DNA of 64,000 nt from Nitrospinaceae bacterium. Its GTDB lineage: Bacteria > Nitrospinota > Nitrospinia > Nitrospinales > Nitrospinaceae. This document shows, one piece after another, positions 18,711-28,237 of the stretch. Location of the stretch: NCBI GenBank assembly GCA_965223665.1, contig OZ245011.1, positions 3,328,001-3,392,000 of the forward strand. The letters run 5' to 3'. Under the pieces are notes generated by a model. That model was given only the letters and a program-made list of their open reading frames with translations. It was not told the DNA's origin and did not search any database. Position numbers and translations under genes: made by a program. Numbering within the stretch: the stretch's first letter is position 1; each line of letters opens with the position of its first letter.

Positions 18711-20096
18711 ATGAATTTAACAAATCAGAGAGATATGGCAAATAAGCGTTTGCGCCCTTGTATAGAGAGAAAGATTTTACATATTGATATGGATGCATTT
18801 TTTGTATCGGTAGAGCAGGTGTTGGATCCCTCTTTAAAAGGGAAGCCGGTGATAGTTGGCGGCCTGGGGGGACGTGGTGTGGTTTCGGCGGCTTCTTATG
18901 AAGCGCGATCCTATGGAGTGCACTCAGCAATGCCCATGACACGAGCGCGACGTTTATGTCCGCAAGCTATTTTTCTCAGTGGTTCTCACGGTAAATATAG
19001 TGAGTTTTCTGCACGTATTTTTGAAATCTTAGATCGTTATTCACCGTTAGTTGAACCGATGTCTTTGGATGAGGCTTACCTTGACTTGACCGGTTGCGAA
19101 CGGTTGCAGGGTCCAATATTAAAGGCAGCAACGCGTCTTCACAATGAAATTCAAGAACGTGTTGGTATCAATGCATCTATTGGTATTGCCTCGAATAAAC
19201 TCATGGCAAAAGTGGCATCCAACTTGGCAAAGCCTAACGGAATGTTGCGTGTGTTGCCGGGACAGGAGGAACGGTTTCTGGCACCATTTCCAATTAAGTG
19301 TATCCCTGGCATTGGACCTAAAATGGCGACTCAATTGAAACGTATGGGAATCCAGAAAGTGAGTCAATTAGCATTGCTGTCGTGTGAGTTGTTAGAAAAA
19401 GCTTATGGGATATGGGGCAGAGGTTTATATGAAAGAGCGCATGGTATTTGCCGATCCCCAGTATTAAAGCGAGAAGAAACTCGATCTATCAGCCATGAGA
19501 CGACTTTGAAAGAAGACTCAGAAGACCCGCAATTTTTGGAATCGAAACTTAGTTATCTTGTAGAAAAAGCTGGATCGCGCTTGCGCGCATCGATCTTGCG
19601 TGCACGTTGCGTTACGCTCAAACTGCGTTATTCCGATTTTAAGACAGTCACTCGTTCTTTTACTTTGACTCAACCAGTGGACGAGGATTATGTGATTTTA
19701 CAAACCGTATTGGGCTTATTTCGAAAGTCGTTTACTCGACGAACTCGTGTTCGATTGTTAGGAGTGGCATTGACGTCGTTATCAGAAGTGACGGGGAGAA
19801 TTGCTCAGCGCGGAACTAACAGCCCTGGTTTGATGATGCAGGAAGAGCTTCAATTGGGAAGGGAAGAGTTGATTCGTCACCCTCTACCAGAAGTACAGAT
19901 TCGAGAAGAGAGTTCCAGCCAAACTGAAGAGATTTTGCATGCGATTAGAAATTCTCTCTCTCAAAGAGGGGCGCAGATGGAATTGTTTGAGTCTTTGGAA
20001 GATCAACGCTGGCAAAAGTTATATGCAGGAATTGATGGCATTCGTAAAAAATACGGCTTCCGTTCTATTTTACGCGCTTCCAGTCGATGGAATTGA
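18711..20096 (+). CDS. dinB: DNA polymerase IV (Y-family)
   Basis: HIDMDAFF, ASYEAR, SLDEAYLD, little-finger VRLLGV, QMELF clamp-binding-like motif. Confidence 0.93.
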   Translation: MNLTNQRDMANKRLRPCIERKILHIDMDAFFVSVEQVLDPSLKGKPVIVGGLGGRGVVSAASYEARSYGVHSAMPMTRARRLCPQAIFLSGSHGKYSEFSARIFEILDRYSPLVEPMSLDEAYLDLTGCERLQGPILKAATRLHNEIQERVGINASIGIASNKLMAKVASNLAKPNGMLRVLPGQEERFLAPFPIKCIPGIGPKMATQLKRMGIQKVSQLALLSCELLEKAYGIWGRGLYERAHGICRSPVLKREETRSISHETTLKEDSEDPQFLESKLSYLVEKAGSRLRASILRARCVTLKLRYSDFKTVTRSFTLTQPVDEDYVILQTVLGLFRKSFTRRTRVRLLGVALTSLSEVTGRIAQRGTNSPGLMMQEELQLGREELIRHPLPEVQIREESSSQTEEILHAIRNSLSQRGAQMELFESLEDQRWQKLYAGIDGIRKKYGFRSILRASSRWN

Positions 20097-21253
20097 AAAC
20101 TATGGGAGAAATTGATTGGAAAGCATGGCGAAAGGAATTTCCGGTAACTCAAAATCAGATATATTTAGATCATGCGAGAGTGGCACCTTTACCCCAAAGG
20201 GTACAAAATAAAATATCCACGTTTACACAGCAAGCTTGTCAGCAGGGAACGGTTCATTATCAACAATGGATGCAAGAAATAGAAGAAGTCCGTAAAAGCT
20301 TTGCCCGTCTCATAAATGCTAAATCTAGCGAAATCGCCTTTATAAAAAATACTTCTGAGGGGATTTCTATTATTGCCAACGGAATAAAGTGGAAGAACGG
20401 CGATAATGTCGTTATACCTAACATAGAATTCCCGGCTAATGTATATCCTTGGATGAATTTAGAGCGATTAGGTGTAGAAGTAAGGTTTGTTAAAGCGGTC
20501 CGTGGTTGTATTCCGTATGAGCAAATTATTGCCCAAATAAATCATCGCACCCGGATTTTATCAATCAGCTCTGTAGAGTTTAATAGTGGCTTTCGGAATA
20601 ACTTAAAAAAATTGGGCGAATTTTGTAGAAAAAAAGGAGTGTTTTTTTGTGTGGATGGGATACAATCACTTGGCATTGTGCCGATAGATGTAGAAGAAAA
20701 TCAAATTGATTTTCTTGCGGCAGATGGCCATAAATGGTTATTAAGTGTGGAGGGATTAGGGGGGCTTTACATCTCTTCAAGAGTATTGGAGCATATTCAC
20801 CCGATCATGGTAGGTTGGGATAGTGTGGTCAACTCACGTGATTATACTCAATACGATTTTACACTTAAACCCGATTCGAGAAAATTTGAAGGAGGAAGCT
20901 TCAACACCATGGGAATCCATGCATTTGGAGCAGCGCTTTCAATTTTTCATGAAATTGGTGTTGAACCAATTTTGAATCGGGTTCTAAGTTTGGGTGATTA
21001 CGTAATTGATCAACTTAAAGCGCGTGGATTAAAGATATTAAGTTCCACAAAAGAAAGTGAGCGTTCTGGAATTATATGTTTCAAGATAGAAGGAGATTTA
21101 GAAAAGTTTTCCCGATTCCTTGAAAACCGGAAAGTTACGGTTTCTGTTAGAAATAGTTTTATCCGAGTATCGCCTCATTTTTATAATTCGCAAGAAGAGG
21201 TTGAGCATTTTTTCCATTATTTGGATGAGTTCTTAAAGGAATCGCGAGTATAG
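20087..21253 (+). CDS. Class V PLP-dependent aminotransferase (cysteine desulfurase-like)
   Basis: YLDHA, NTSEG, VDGIQSLG, DGHKWL, RVSPHFYN. Confidence 0.9.
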   Translation: MELKTMGEIDWKAWRKEFPVTQNQIYLDHARVAPLPQRVQNKISTFTQQACQQGTVHYQQWMQEIEEVRKSFARLINAKSSEIAFIKNTSEGISIIANGIKWKNGDNVVIPNIEFPANVYPWMNLERLGVEVRFVKAVRGCIPYEQIIAQINHRTRILSISSVEFNSGFRNNLKKLGEFCRKKGVFFCVDGIQSLGIVPIDVEENQIDFLAADGHKWLLSVEGLGGLYISSRVLEHIHPIMVGWDSVVNSRDYTQYDFTLKPDSRKFEGGSFNTMGIHAFGAALSIFHEIGVEPILNRVLSLGDYVIDQLKARGLKILSSTKESERSGIICFKIEGDLEKFSRFLENRKVTVSVRNSFIRVSPHFYNSQEEVEHFFHYLDEFLKESRV

Positions 21254-21256
21254 ACA

Positions 21257-21499
21257 ATGGTTTCTTCGAAAAAGAGGGGAAAAAAAATGAGGCAAGCTAT
21301 CCAAAAATTAAAATATGTTGTTCGCCATGCAGACCCTGAGTACGCCGAGGCTCTTTTAGGAATCATTAATGATTTTTATTCTACTTTAAGAATTAAACAG
21401 GGCGTAGATCAAAAAAGCTCTCATGGGGTATTAGTTCCCTTACCTAAATGTTCGCAAAAGGAAAAAGAGGACGATAAATCAAATCGCTTTACAGCATAA
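21257..21499 (+). CDS. Hypothetical protein
   Basis: ORF 3 nt after the upstream gene; alternative ATG with GAGGGG SD; no motif recognised. Confidence 0.5.
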   Translation: MVSSKKRGKKMRQAIQKLKYVVRHADPEYAEALLGIINDFYSTLRIKQGVDQKSSHGVLVPLPKCSQKEKEDDKSNRFTA

Positions 21500-22005
21500 A
21501 AAAATAACATTGACTTCATTTGATTTTTTAGCTGTAAAATAAAAAAATGTTTAATTCTGTAGAGTTAAACTAGTATCCTTTCAAGGTTTAATTACTCACC
21601 TCAAATATATAATCACTTATTTTATTCACTGGTATAAAAAGTTTTTCTAATTTTCAAAAATTTGGTAATTAAAGATTCTCAGTTGGGTGGGTTAAATTTT
21701 CCTGAAATCACAACCGGGCTTTTTAAATTTCATATACAATAAAAAGTCTCTGAAATAGGGTTGAATAAAGAATATAAGCTTATTGGAATATGATAGGAAT
21801 ATTGTCATAGGAGAAGGCGTCGTTTAAACTGGTTATAAATTGAAAGTTAATCCGCAATTCAACCAGAAATGGTTTTTCCTAAATTTTAAAGAAGAAAGTT
21901 TGAAATAAATTCCAGTTTTCACCCGACTAATTCAACGGTGTATAAAATTTTTGATTAACCAATTAACGAAATAAAGTTAATGGTGAAAAAAGGGGAGGAT
22001 GTTCC

Positions 22006-22635
22006 ATGAAAGTAATGAACTTGGCAAAAACATGGCTGATTTTGTTGGTACTTTTTTCCATGTTTCACGTTACTACCGTTCAAGCGTCAGCAGTTACAGA
22101 TGGATTAAAAACAACCATTGATAGTGTGATCAACGTGGTTACGGATCCTAAATACAAGGAAGACCGTAACGCACGACGTCAAAAGCTTCGAACGATAATA
22201 AGCCCTAAATTTAATTATGAGGAAATGGGGAAACGTTCTCTTGGAGCTAAATGGAAAAGTTTATCTCCTGATGAAAAAAAACAATTTCTTTCGCTATTTG
22301 AAAAGTTATTGGAAAATTCTTATGCAAGTAAAATCGAATCGTATCAGGATGAAAAAATTAATTATAATGAAGAGATAATTAAGGGGAAATATGCAATGGT
22401 CAAAACAGAAGTCGTTCGAAGAAGCGATTCTGTCGAGGTAGATTATAAATTGTTAAAAACAGAAAGTGATTGGCAGGTTTATGACTTTATTATTGCAGGT
22501 GTGAGTATGGTCCGTAATTACCGAACTCAATTTTCCAAAGTAATCCGCAAGGAATCGATAAAAGGTTTAATTGAAAAAATGAAAGAAAAAATAGATGAAT
22601 TAAATGATGGATCCATTACTGAAGAAAACCTTTAA
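22006..22635 (+). CDS. MlaC/Ttg2D-family periplasmic lipid-binding protein
   Basis: Signal peptide; LGAKWKSLSPDEK, WQVYDFIIAGVSMVRNYRTQF; strong GGAGG SD. Confidence 0.9.
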   Translation: MKVMNLAKTWLILLVLFSMFHVTTVQASAVTDGLKTTIDSVINVVTDPKYKEDRNARRQKLRTIISPKFNYEEMGKRSLGAKWKSLSPDEKKQFLSLFEKLLENSYASKIESYQDEKINYNEEIIKGKYAMVKTEVVRRSDSVEVDYKLLKTESDWQVYDFIIAGVSMVRNYRTQFSKVIRKESIKGLIEKMKEKIDELNDGSITEENL

Positions 22636-22712
22636 TATTATTCGTTAATTTTTTTAATCTTTAAGAGACTATTTTGGAATTCCCCCCATTGTGACTCTTA
22701 CCTTAAGTCATT

Positions 22713-23711
22713 TTGTTTATGATTGAAAGTACTTGCCCTACCCGAATTGACTTTGCTGGAGGAACTTTAGACCTTTGGCCCTTGTATTTATTTTTTGGAA
22801 ATGCTCCCACTATTAATGGGGCAATCAATTTATTTTCAAAAGTAAAAATTTATCCTCGCAAAGATAAGGCTGTAATTGTTGAGTCTAAAGATTTAAAAAT
22901 TCGAGAGCGTTTCTCTAATTTACGTTCACTTCCTGAAAAGCACCCTTTAATTTTAATTCTTAAGCTATTAAAATTTTACAATCCCATAAAGGGATTGGAG
23001 TTAATAACAGATTGCCAGGCTCCTGTTGGGTCTGGGATTGGGGGGTCATCAGCGTTAAATATTGCATTAAATGGTGGTTTAAATAGGTTCACCAAAAAAA
23101 ATCTCAATCGTGAAACTATGATTGAGGTGGCTAAAAATATTGAAACCCAGGTAATACAAGTCCCCGCTGGAACTCAAGATTATTATTCAGCCATGTTTGG
23201 GGGTATTCAAAGTATCCGCCCTGGGTTTACGGGAATTACAACAAAAAAAATTCGGTTAAATTTGAAAGATTGGTCTGATAGGTTTGTGCTTTGTTATACA
23301 GGAAAACCTCATAACTCGGGAATTAATAATTGGGCAGTTTATAAGAAAGCAATAAATGTAGATGCAAAAGTGCACAAAAGCCTATCTCGAATCGCTTCTC
23401 TATCCACTAGGATGGAAAATGTCCTAGTCAACCAAGAGGAATCAAAGTTTCCAAAGTTATTTAGTGAAGAATGGAAAGCACGAAAGGCTTTAGCTCCTGG
23501 AATAAGCACAGCCAAAATTGAACACTTAATTAAATCAGCTTCTTCCTGTGGAGCCTTGGCCGCTAAGGTTTGTGGTGCCGGTGGAGGAGGTTGTGTAGCA
23601 TTTTTTGTTCGAAAAGGCACAAAGAATAAGGTTAGTGAAATTTTACAACAACAAGGAGGGCAAGTCCTACCTATCCGTTTTGTTTCTAGTGGTTTACAAG
23701 TAACGGGTTGA
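22713..23711 (+). CDS. GHMP kinase (HddA-like heptose/sugar kinase)
   Basis: PTRIDFAGGTLD, PVGSGIGGSS, GTQD, KVCGAGGGG. Confidence 0.88.
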   Translation: MFMIESTCPTRIDFAGGTLDLWPLYLFFGNAPTINGAINLFSKVKIYPRKDKAVIVESKDLKIRERFSNLRSLPEKHPLILILKLLKFYNPIKGLELITDCQAPVGSGIGGSSALNIALNGGLNRFTKKNLNRETMIEVAKNIETQVIQVPAGTQDYYSAMFGGIQSIRPGFTGITTKKIRLNLKDWSDRFVLCYTGKPHNSGINNWAVYKKAINVDAKVHKSLSRIASLSTRMENVLVNQEESKFPKLFSEEWKARKALAPGISTAKIEHLIKSASSCGALAAKVCGAGGGGCVAFFVRKGTKNKVSEILQQQGGQVLPIRFVSSGLQVTG

Positions 23712-23820
23712 TTCCCTACCTAATAATACTGTTAAATTCCTTTATTTTCCCTCAATAAGATAAGACTGAGTTATAATCTACCCATGCGTCTGATGATTTG
23801 CCCTTAGAGAGGGCTAAGTT

Positions 23821-24543
23821 ATGAAAAAATTTCTAACACTAAAAAATGTTTTTCTTTTAGCAGGATTTGCCATTTTAGTGGCGCTACCATTTTCTGTTTT
23901 AAATAAAACTCCAAAAATTCAAAAAGACGATACCATTAATCCCTATCCTGTACCAAAGGATCCAGCCTCAGCTCATATTCAAAAAGCATCGGAGCATTAT
24001 TTTTTCCGCGAATTTCCAGAAGCTGAAGAACATTATCGTAAAGCTATTGCACTTTATGAAGAAAGGAAGGATTTCCTTCATGTGGCAAAAACATATGAGG
24101 CTTTAGGAGATTTATATCTTTGGGCAAGGGAACCCAATGAGGCAAAAGAAAACTATTTAATTGCGGTGAAATATTTTTCCGACCAAAACAATATTTTGGG
24201 GAAGGCGAATGCCTTAAAAGAATTGGGTGACATGTTTATGGGGCTTAATGAAATTGTTGAATCTGAGAAGTGGTATAAACAAGCTTTGGAAATTTTAAAA
24301 CAAGAAAAACCTAATCGTGTTTTAGGTGCTGTTCATGAAGGAATGGGCCACTTATATTGGAAAGCTGAAAAAATTTCTCAAGCATTAGATTCTTTTTCTT
24401 TGGCTAGAGATACCTTTAAAACTTTAAATTATAATTTAGGTTACGATCATATGACTAATGTGATTGATCGATTGCAAAATGGTACAAAAGATTTGCACCC
24501 TCATGCTCTTCGAAGAGATCCTTTAACCGGTAAGCCCTATTAA
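23821..24543 (+). CDS. Membrane-anchored TPR protein
   Basis: N-terminal TM segment; repeated A..Y..LG..Y TPR pattern. Confidence 0.8.
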   Translation: MKKFLTLKNVFLLAGFAILVALPFSVLNKTPKIQKDDTINPYPVPKDPASAHIQKASEHYFFREFPEAEEHYRKAIALYEERKDFLHVAKTYEALGDLYLWAREPNEAKENYLIAVKYFSDQNNILGKANALKELGDMFMGLNEIVESEKWYKQALEILKQEKPNRVLGAVHEGMGHLYWKAEKISQALDSFSLARDTFKTLNYNLGYDHMTNVIDRLQNGTKDLHPHALRRDPLTGKPY

Positions 24544-24548
24544 TATAT

Positions 24549-25034
24549 TTGCTATTTTTAGATGTGATTAATTTTCTGAATCGAATCTATATATTTATTG
24601 GGTTAATTTTTTTAATTTCATTTAGCATCCATACAAGGGTAAATGCTGCCAATGATGAAACTTCCATCAAAGGTCCTGCTTTTGAAGCGATCTTATTGAA
24701 AAACCCTAATAGTCCAAGGTCTTCCAATCGTTTTAGCTGTTTGGAACCGATATTTCTTAAGATTACATGGCACAAAATTTACGGAAAACATGAAGCTTCC
24801 GTAATTTGGTTTAATTCCATTGGGGAAAAGCAAGAAGCCACCGAATCTCATTTCCAGGGAAAAAATGACATTGAAAAATCCTGGTTTGCCCTTGAGTTTA
24901 CCAATGTTTTCGAAAAAGAAAATTTTGCGAAGCCGAGGGAAGCGGGGAGGCAGTTTACGGGTACCTGGATGGTTAAAGTGTTTTTAGATGGGAAAATCTT
25001 GGACACTCAAAGTTTTTTTGTGGATTGTGGATAA
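24549..25034 (+). CDS. Exported hypothetical protein (Ig-like beta sandwich likely)
   Basis: Hydrophobic N-terminus; GTWMVKVFLDGKIL strand pattern. Confidence 0.55.
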   Translation: MLFLDVINFLNRIYIFIGLIFLISFSIHTRVNAANDETSIKGPAFEAILLKNPNSPRSSNRFSCLEPIFLKITWHKIYGKHEASVIWFNSIGEKQEATESHFQGKNDIEKSWFALEFTNVFEKENFAKPREAGRQFTGTWMVKVFLDGKILDTQSFFVDCG

Positions 25035-25066
25035 GGCTCTAAGAAGAATAAGTTAATTTTATTACA

Positions 25067-25375
25067 TTAATTGGTATCTATTTCCTCACCGTGGGTTTCA
25101 GAGTCTTCCTTTTTTTCTAAAAAACGTTTTTCCATTTTTCCTAAATCTTTTTTATTTTTGTTGATTTTCTTTAATAAGGTTTTAGTTTCTTGGTCCTGAA
25201 AAAGTTCATTTAAATCCAATTCCTCTTCAGGAAAAAGCAAATTCAAATCAATTTCGTCTTTGGATTCTTTATCCTCAAGATTAGGAGCTTCCTGGGGCGG
25301 GGAAGTATTCTCGTTTGATTGGCTATCCTCATTTATGGAAGTGAAGGTTTCTTCATCGGGCATGTTGGACTCCAA
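25067..25375 (-). CDS. Acidic hypothetical protein
   Basis: ORF at the end of the pepA gene run; E/D-rich. Confidence 0.55.
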   Translation of the reverse strand: MESNMPDEETFTSINEDSQSNENTSPPQEAPNLEDKESKDEIDLNLLFPEEELDLNELFQDQETKTLLKKINKNKKDLGKMEKRFLEKKEDSETHGEEIDTN

Positions 25376-25420
25376 TTAAAATTTTTTCACCATGTTACTG
25401 AAAAATTATTTTCTACTCAA

Positions 25421-26032
25421 CTAAGAAATTTCAAAGAAGGGAAGAATTTTTGGAATTAAGGCAATGGCTAACTTTCGGTCAAAGTCCAAAAGAAACTTAA
25501 GAGTTCGTTTGGCTTTATCCCAATCAGGGTTTGTTCCTTGTAAGGCTTTTTCTAAACGCTCCAATTCGAAAATTATTTCTTCTTTTTCCCGTTCATTGAA
25601 ACTCAGTTTATCTATCAGGGGTATATAGAGAGTTCTGTTAAATTCAATTCCTGAGAACGAGAAAGGTTCTTCCGGGACCCTATTTATTTTGATAGGCTCA
25701 CTGGATGCAGAAATTTTTTCTTTTAGTTGTTTGTCTTTTAATATATCTGCGACGAGATTCAGAATCTCTATTGCTAAATCAATATCGCATGTCAATGCGA
25801 TTCGATCGTTAATTTCATTTTGTTCCTCTTTTTTCTTTGAGAGAAAAAAATCGGAAGCAAAGCGGATTTCTTCAAAAGTGGGTTTCTTAGCTGGAGTATG
25901 TTCTGAAATAAACTGAGCTGTTTTAATTTTCCATGGAGAGAAATTTCGGTCATTACGGTTCCAAGCATCCGCCTTCAATGCTTCAGCTTCTTGAATTAAA
26001 GTATTTAGTTTCTTTTCCCAAGATCCTGACAT
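25421..26032 (-). CDS. Hypothetical helical protein
   Basis: 203-aa ORF tightly packed in the pepA operon. Confidence 0.7.
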   Translation of the reverse strand: MSGSWEKKLNTLIQEAEALKADAWNRNDRNFSPWKIKTAQFISEHTPAKKPTFEEIRFASDFFLSKKKEEQNEINDRIALTCDIDLAIEILNLVADILKDKQLKEKISASSEPIKINRVPEEPFSFSGIEFNRTLYIPLIDKLSFNEREKEEIIFELERLEKALQGTNPDWDKAKRTLKFLLDFDRKLAIALIPKILPFFEIS

Positions 26033-26038
26033 GACTCT

Positions 26039-26521
26039 TCAGTAACGTGCTAAGTAAACTCCTAAGAAAAGGGCCATCCCAATAGTCCACATACTGGCTT
26101 GACTAAGTAAACGCATTTTTTCTAAGGTAGGGCGAACCAAGCTCTTGTTTTCGGGTCTTAAATCTAAATTGGCGATTTTGGATCTAAGTCCGAAGGTAAG
26201 ATAAGCACTGAGAAAAAATGCAATTACCGCAAAAATTAATTTTATCCCAAGGACATTGTAGTAACCATCCTTAAGGTTTACTTGATCCGTATAATTTTCC
26301 ATTAAGTAGTAGATGCCCGATCCAACTAATAAAAGAACACAAACAAAAATAGTAGGGGCAAGCGTTTCCATCATTTTATAAATTATCGAGTTTTCATCTA
26401 GAGTTTGTTGAGAGGCATTTTTTTCTATTTTAGGAAGTAATAACAAAAGGCAAAACACCGACGCTCCAACTCCAATGGACGCCGATAACAAATGGACAAA
26501 AATTATAATGGAGTTTTGCAT
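26039..26521 (-). CDS. CopD-like four-TM membrane protein
   Basis: HLLSASIGVG, LLLVGSG, LGIKL pattern; four hydrophobic helices. Confidence 0.65.
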   Translation of the reverse strand: MQNSIIIFVHLLSASIGVGASVFCLLLLLPKIEKNASQQTLDENSIIYKMMETLAPTIFVCVLLLVGSGIYYLMENYTDQVNLKDGYYNVLGIKLIFAVIAFFLSAYLTFGLRSKIANLDLRPENKSLVRPTLEKMRLLSQASMWTIGMALFLGVYLARY

Positions 26522-26525
26522 AAAT

Positions 26526-28049
26526 TTAAAGATTTCTTAAATAGTTTATTAGAAGTCTAACCCCGTATCCTGATCCTCCCTTGGGAACATAGGGCTTTTC
26601 TTGACTGGTCCAGGCGGTACCCGCAATATCCAAATGTGCCCAGGGAAAATCCCCAACAAATGGTTTTAAAAATGCTGCGGCTGTTATGGTGCCAGCCCCC
26701 ACTCCAGGACTCCCTATATTTTTTAAGTCTGCAATATCGCTCTTTACAGCTTTTTCAAATTCATCGTAAAGAGGTAGTTGCCAAACACGTTCGCCCACCG
26801 TGTTGCCGCACTGAATTAGTTTTTGAATTAATTTTTCATCACTTCCAACTACCGCGCTTGCTACATGACCTAATGCAACAATACATGCGCCAGTTAGGGT
26901 GGCTAAATCAATGATAGCTTTGGGTTTGTATTTTTGGGCATATACTAAGGCATCAGCCAATATCAGTCGGCCTTCCGCATCGGTGTTTAGCACTTCAATG
27001 GTTTTGCCATTTGAAGCTTTAAGAATATCGCCAGGTTTTAGAGCAGAACCTCCAGGCATATTTTCCGTAGCAGGAATTATTCCAATAACATTGACAGGAA
27101 GCTTTAAGCTGGCAGCTGCTTGTAATGTTCCAATTGTTACAGCTCCACCGGACATGTCGAACTTCATTTCATCCATGTTGGCCCCTGGTTTTAGAGAGAT
27201 GCCTCCAGTATCAAATGTAATGCCTTTGCCCACAATAGCTATAGGAGCTTGTTTTTTCTTTCCCCCAAAGTATTCCAGTACTATAAATTTGGGAGGTTCA
27301 TGAGAACCTTTGGCGACTCCCAATAAGGAACCCATTTTTTCTTTTTCCATTGTTTCTTTATTTAAAACTTTACAGGTGAATTTATATTTTTTAGCTATTT
27401 TTTTTGCAGTATCTGCTAAATAGGTTGGAGTTGCTTTATTACTTGGATGGTGCATAAGATCTCGCGTGCTTATTACCGCATCACATAATAACTGTGCCGA
27501 TTCTATGCCTTTTTTTATCGAAGCTACTTTTGCCTTAGCAGGTGTGATTAAGGTAATAGTTTCGATTCGACTAGGAGGGTTATCTTCGTCAAGAGTTTTA
27601 TATTCATCGAAATGGTATAAACCAAGTAAGGCCCCTTCAATTAGTGCGGATGCAACAGGATTTCCCAATTTGCTTTTCCCTGATTTGGAGATTTTGTTAA
27701 ATTCAGAGTCACCCAAATAAAAAGATATTGAGTTAAATTTTAATTTCTCAGCTACCTTGGCCGAAGTTCCGGCAGTTTGTCGAACTTTTTCTTCATTTAA
27801 ATCCTTGAGGGTACCTAATCCAACGAGAATTAAATTTTCAGCTTCAAATACACATTTGGCACTAAAGGAAATGGTTTGGTTGAGTTTACCTTCAAACCGT
27901 TTCGATTCCATAGCTGCACTAATGGCACCATTAAATCGATCATCAATAGTTTTGATTAATCCAGAAGGTTTTTTTTGAGGGCAAAATATTACAAGGCAAT
28001 CTGCTTTATGATCCAAAGCATTCGAAGCGACAACATTTATTTTTTTCAT
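26526..28049 (-). CDS. pepA: Leucyl aminopeptidase (M17)
   Basis: VGKGITFDTGG, MKFDMSG, NTDAEGRL, ATLTGA, HLDIAG. Confidence 0.97.
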   Translation of the reverse strand: MKKINVVASNALDHKADCLVIFCPQKKPSGLIKTIDDRFNGAISAAMESKRFEGKLNQTISFSAKCVFEAENLILVGLGTLKDLNEEKVRQTAGTSAKVAEKLKFNSISFYLGDSEFNKISKSGKSKLGNPVASALIEGALLGLYHFDEYKTLDEDNPPSRIETITLITPAKAKVASIKKGIESAQLLCDAVISTRDLMHHPSNKATPTYLADTAKKIAKKYKFTCKVLNKETMEKEKMGSLLGVAKGSHEPPKFIVLEYFGGKKKQAPIAIVGKGITFDTGGISLKPGANMDEMKFDMSGGAVTIGTLQAAASLKLPVNVIGIIPATENMPGGSALKPGDILKASNGKTIEVLNTDAEGRLILADALVYAQKYKPKAIIDLATLTGACIVALGHVASAVVGSDEKLIQKLIQCGNTVGERVWQLPLYDEFEKAVKSDIADLKNIGSPGVGAGTITAAAFLKPFVGDFPWAHLDIAGTAWTSQEKPYVPKGGSGYGVRLLINYLRNL

Positions 28050-28237
28050 ATGTAAAATTCCTTCATTCCCTAATTTATATGGGTATTTTCAAATTTGTGG
28101 AAGGGTAAGCAGTTTTTGGAGAAACCTCGGGTTCTCAGTTGATTCTCATCATTCTAAGGAAAAAATTGTGGCCAAACAAGGGGAAAGTCTATTCATCAAT
28201 TCCAAATTTGAAGGGTTATATTTAAATATTAAGTTCT

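Noticed and set aside
21500-22005. ncRNA or small ORF in the 500-nt gap before the MlaC-like gene
   Set aside because: Only weak AT-rich stems (for example CTGGTT/AACCAG) and no ORF with a convincing SD
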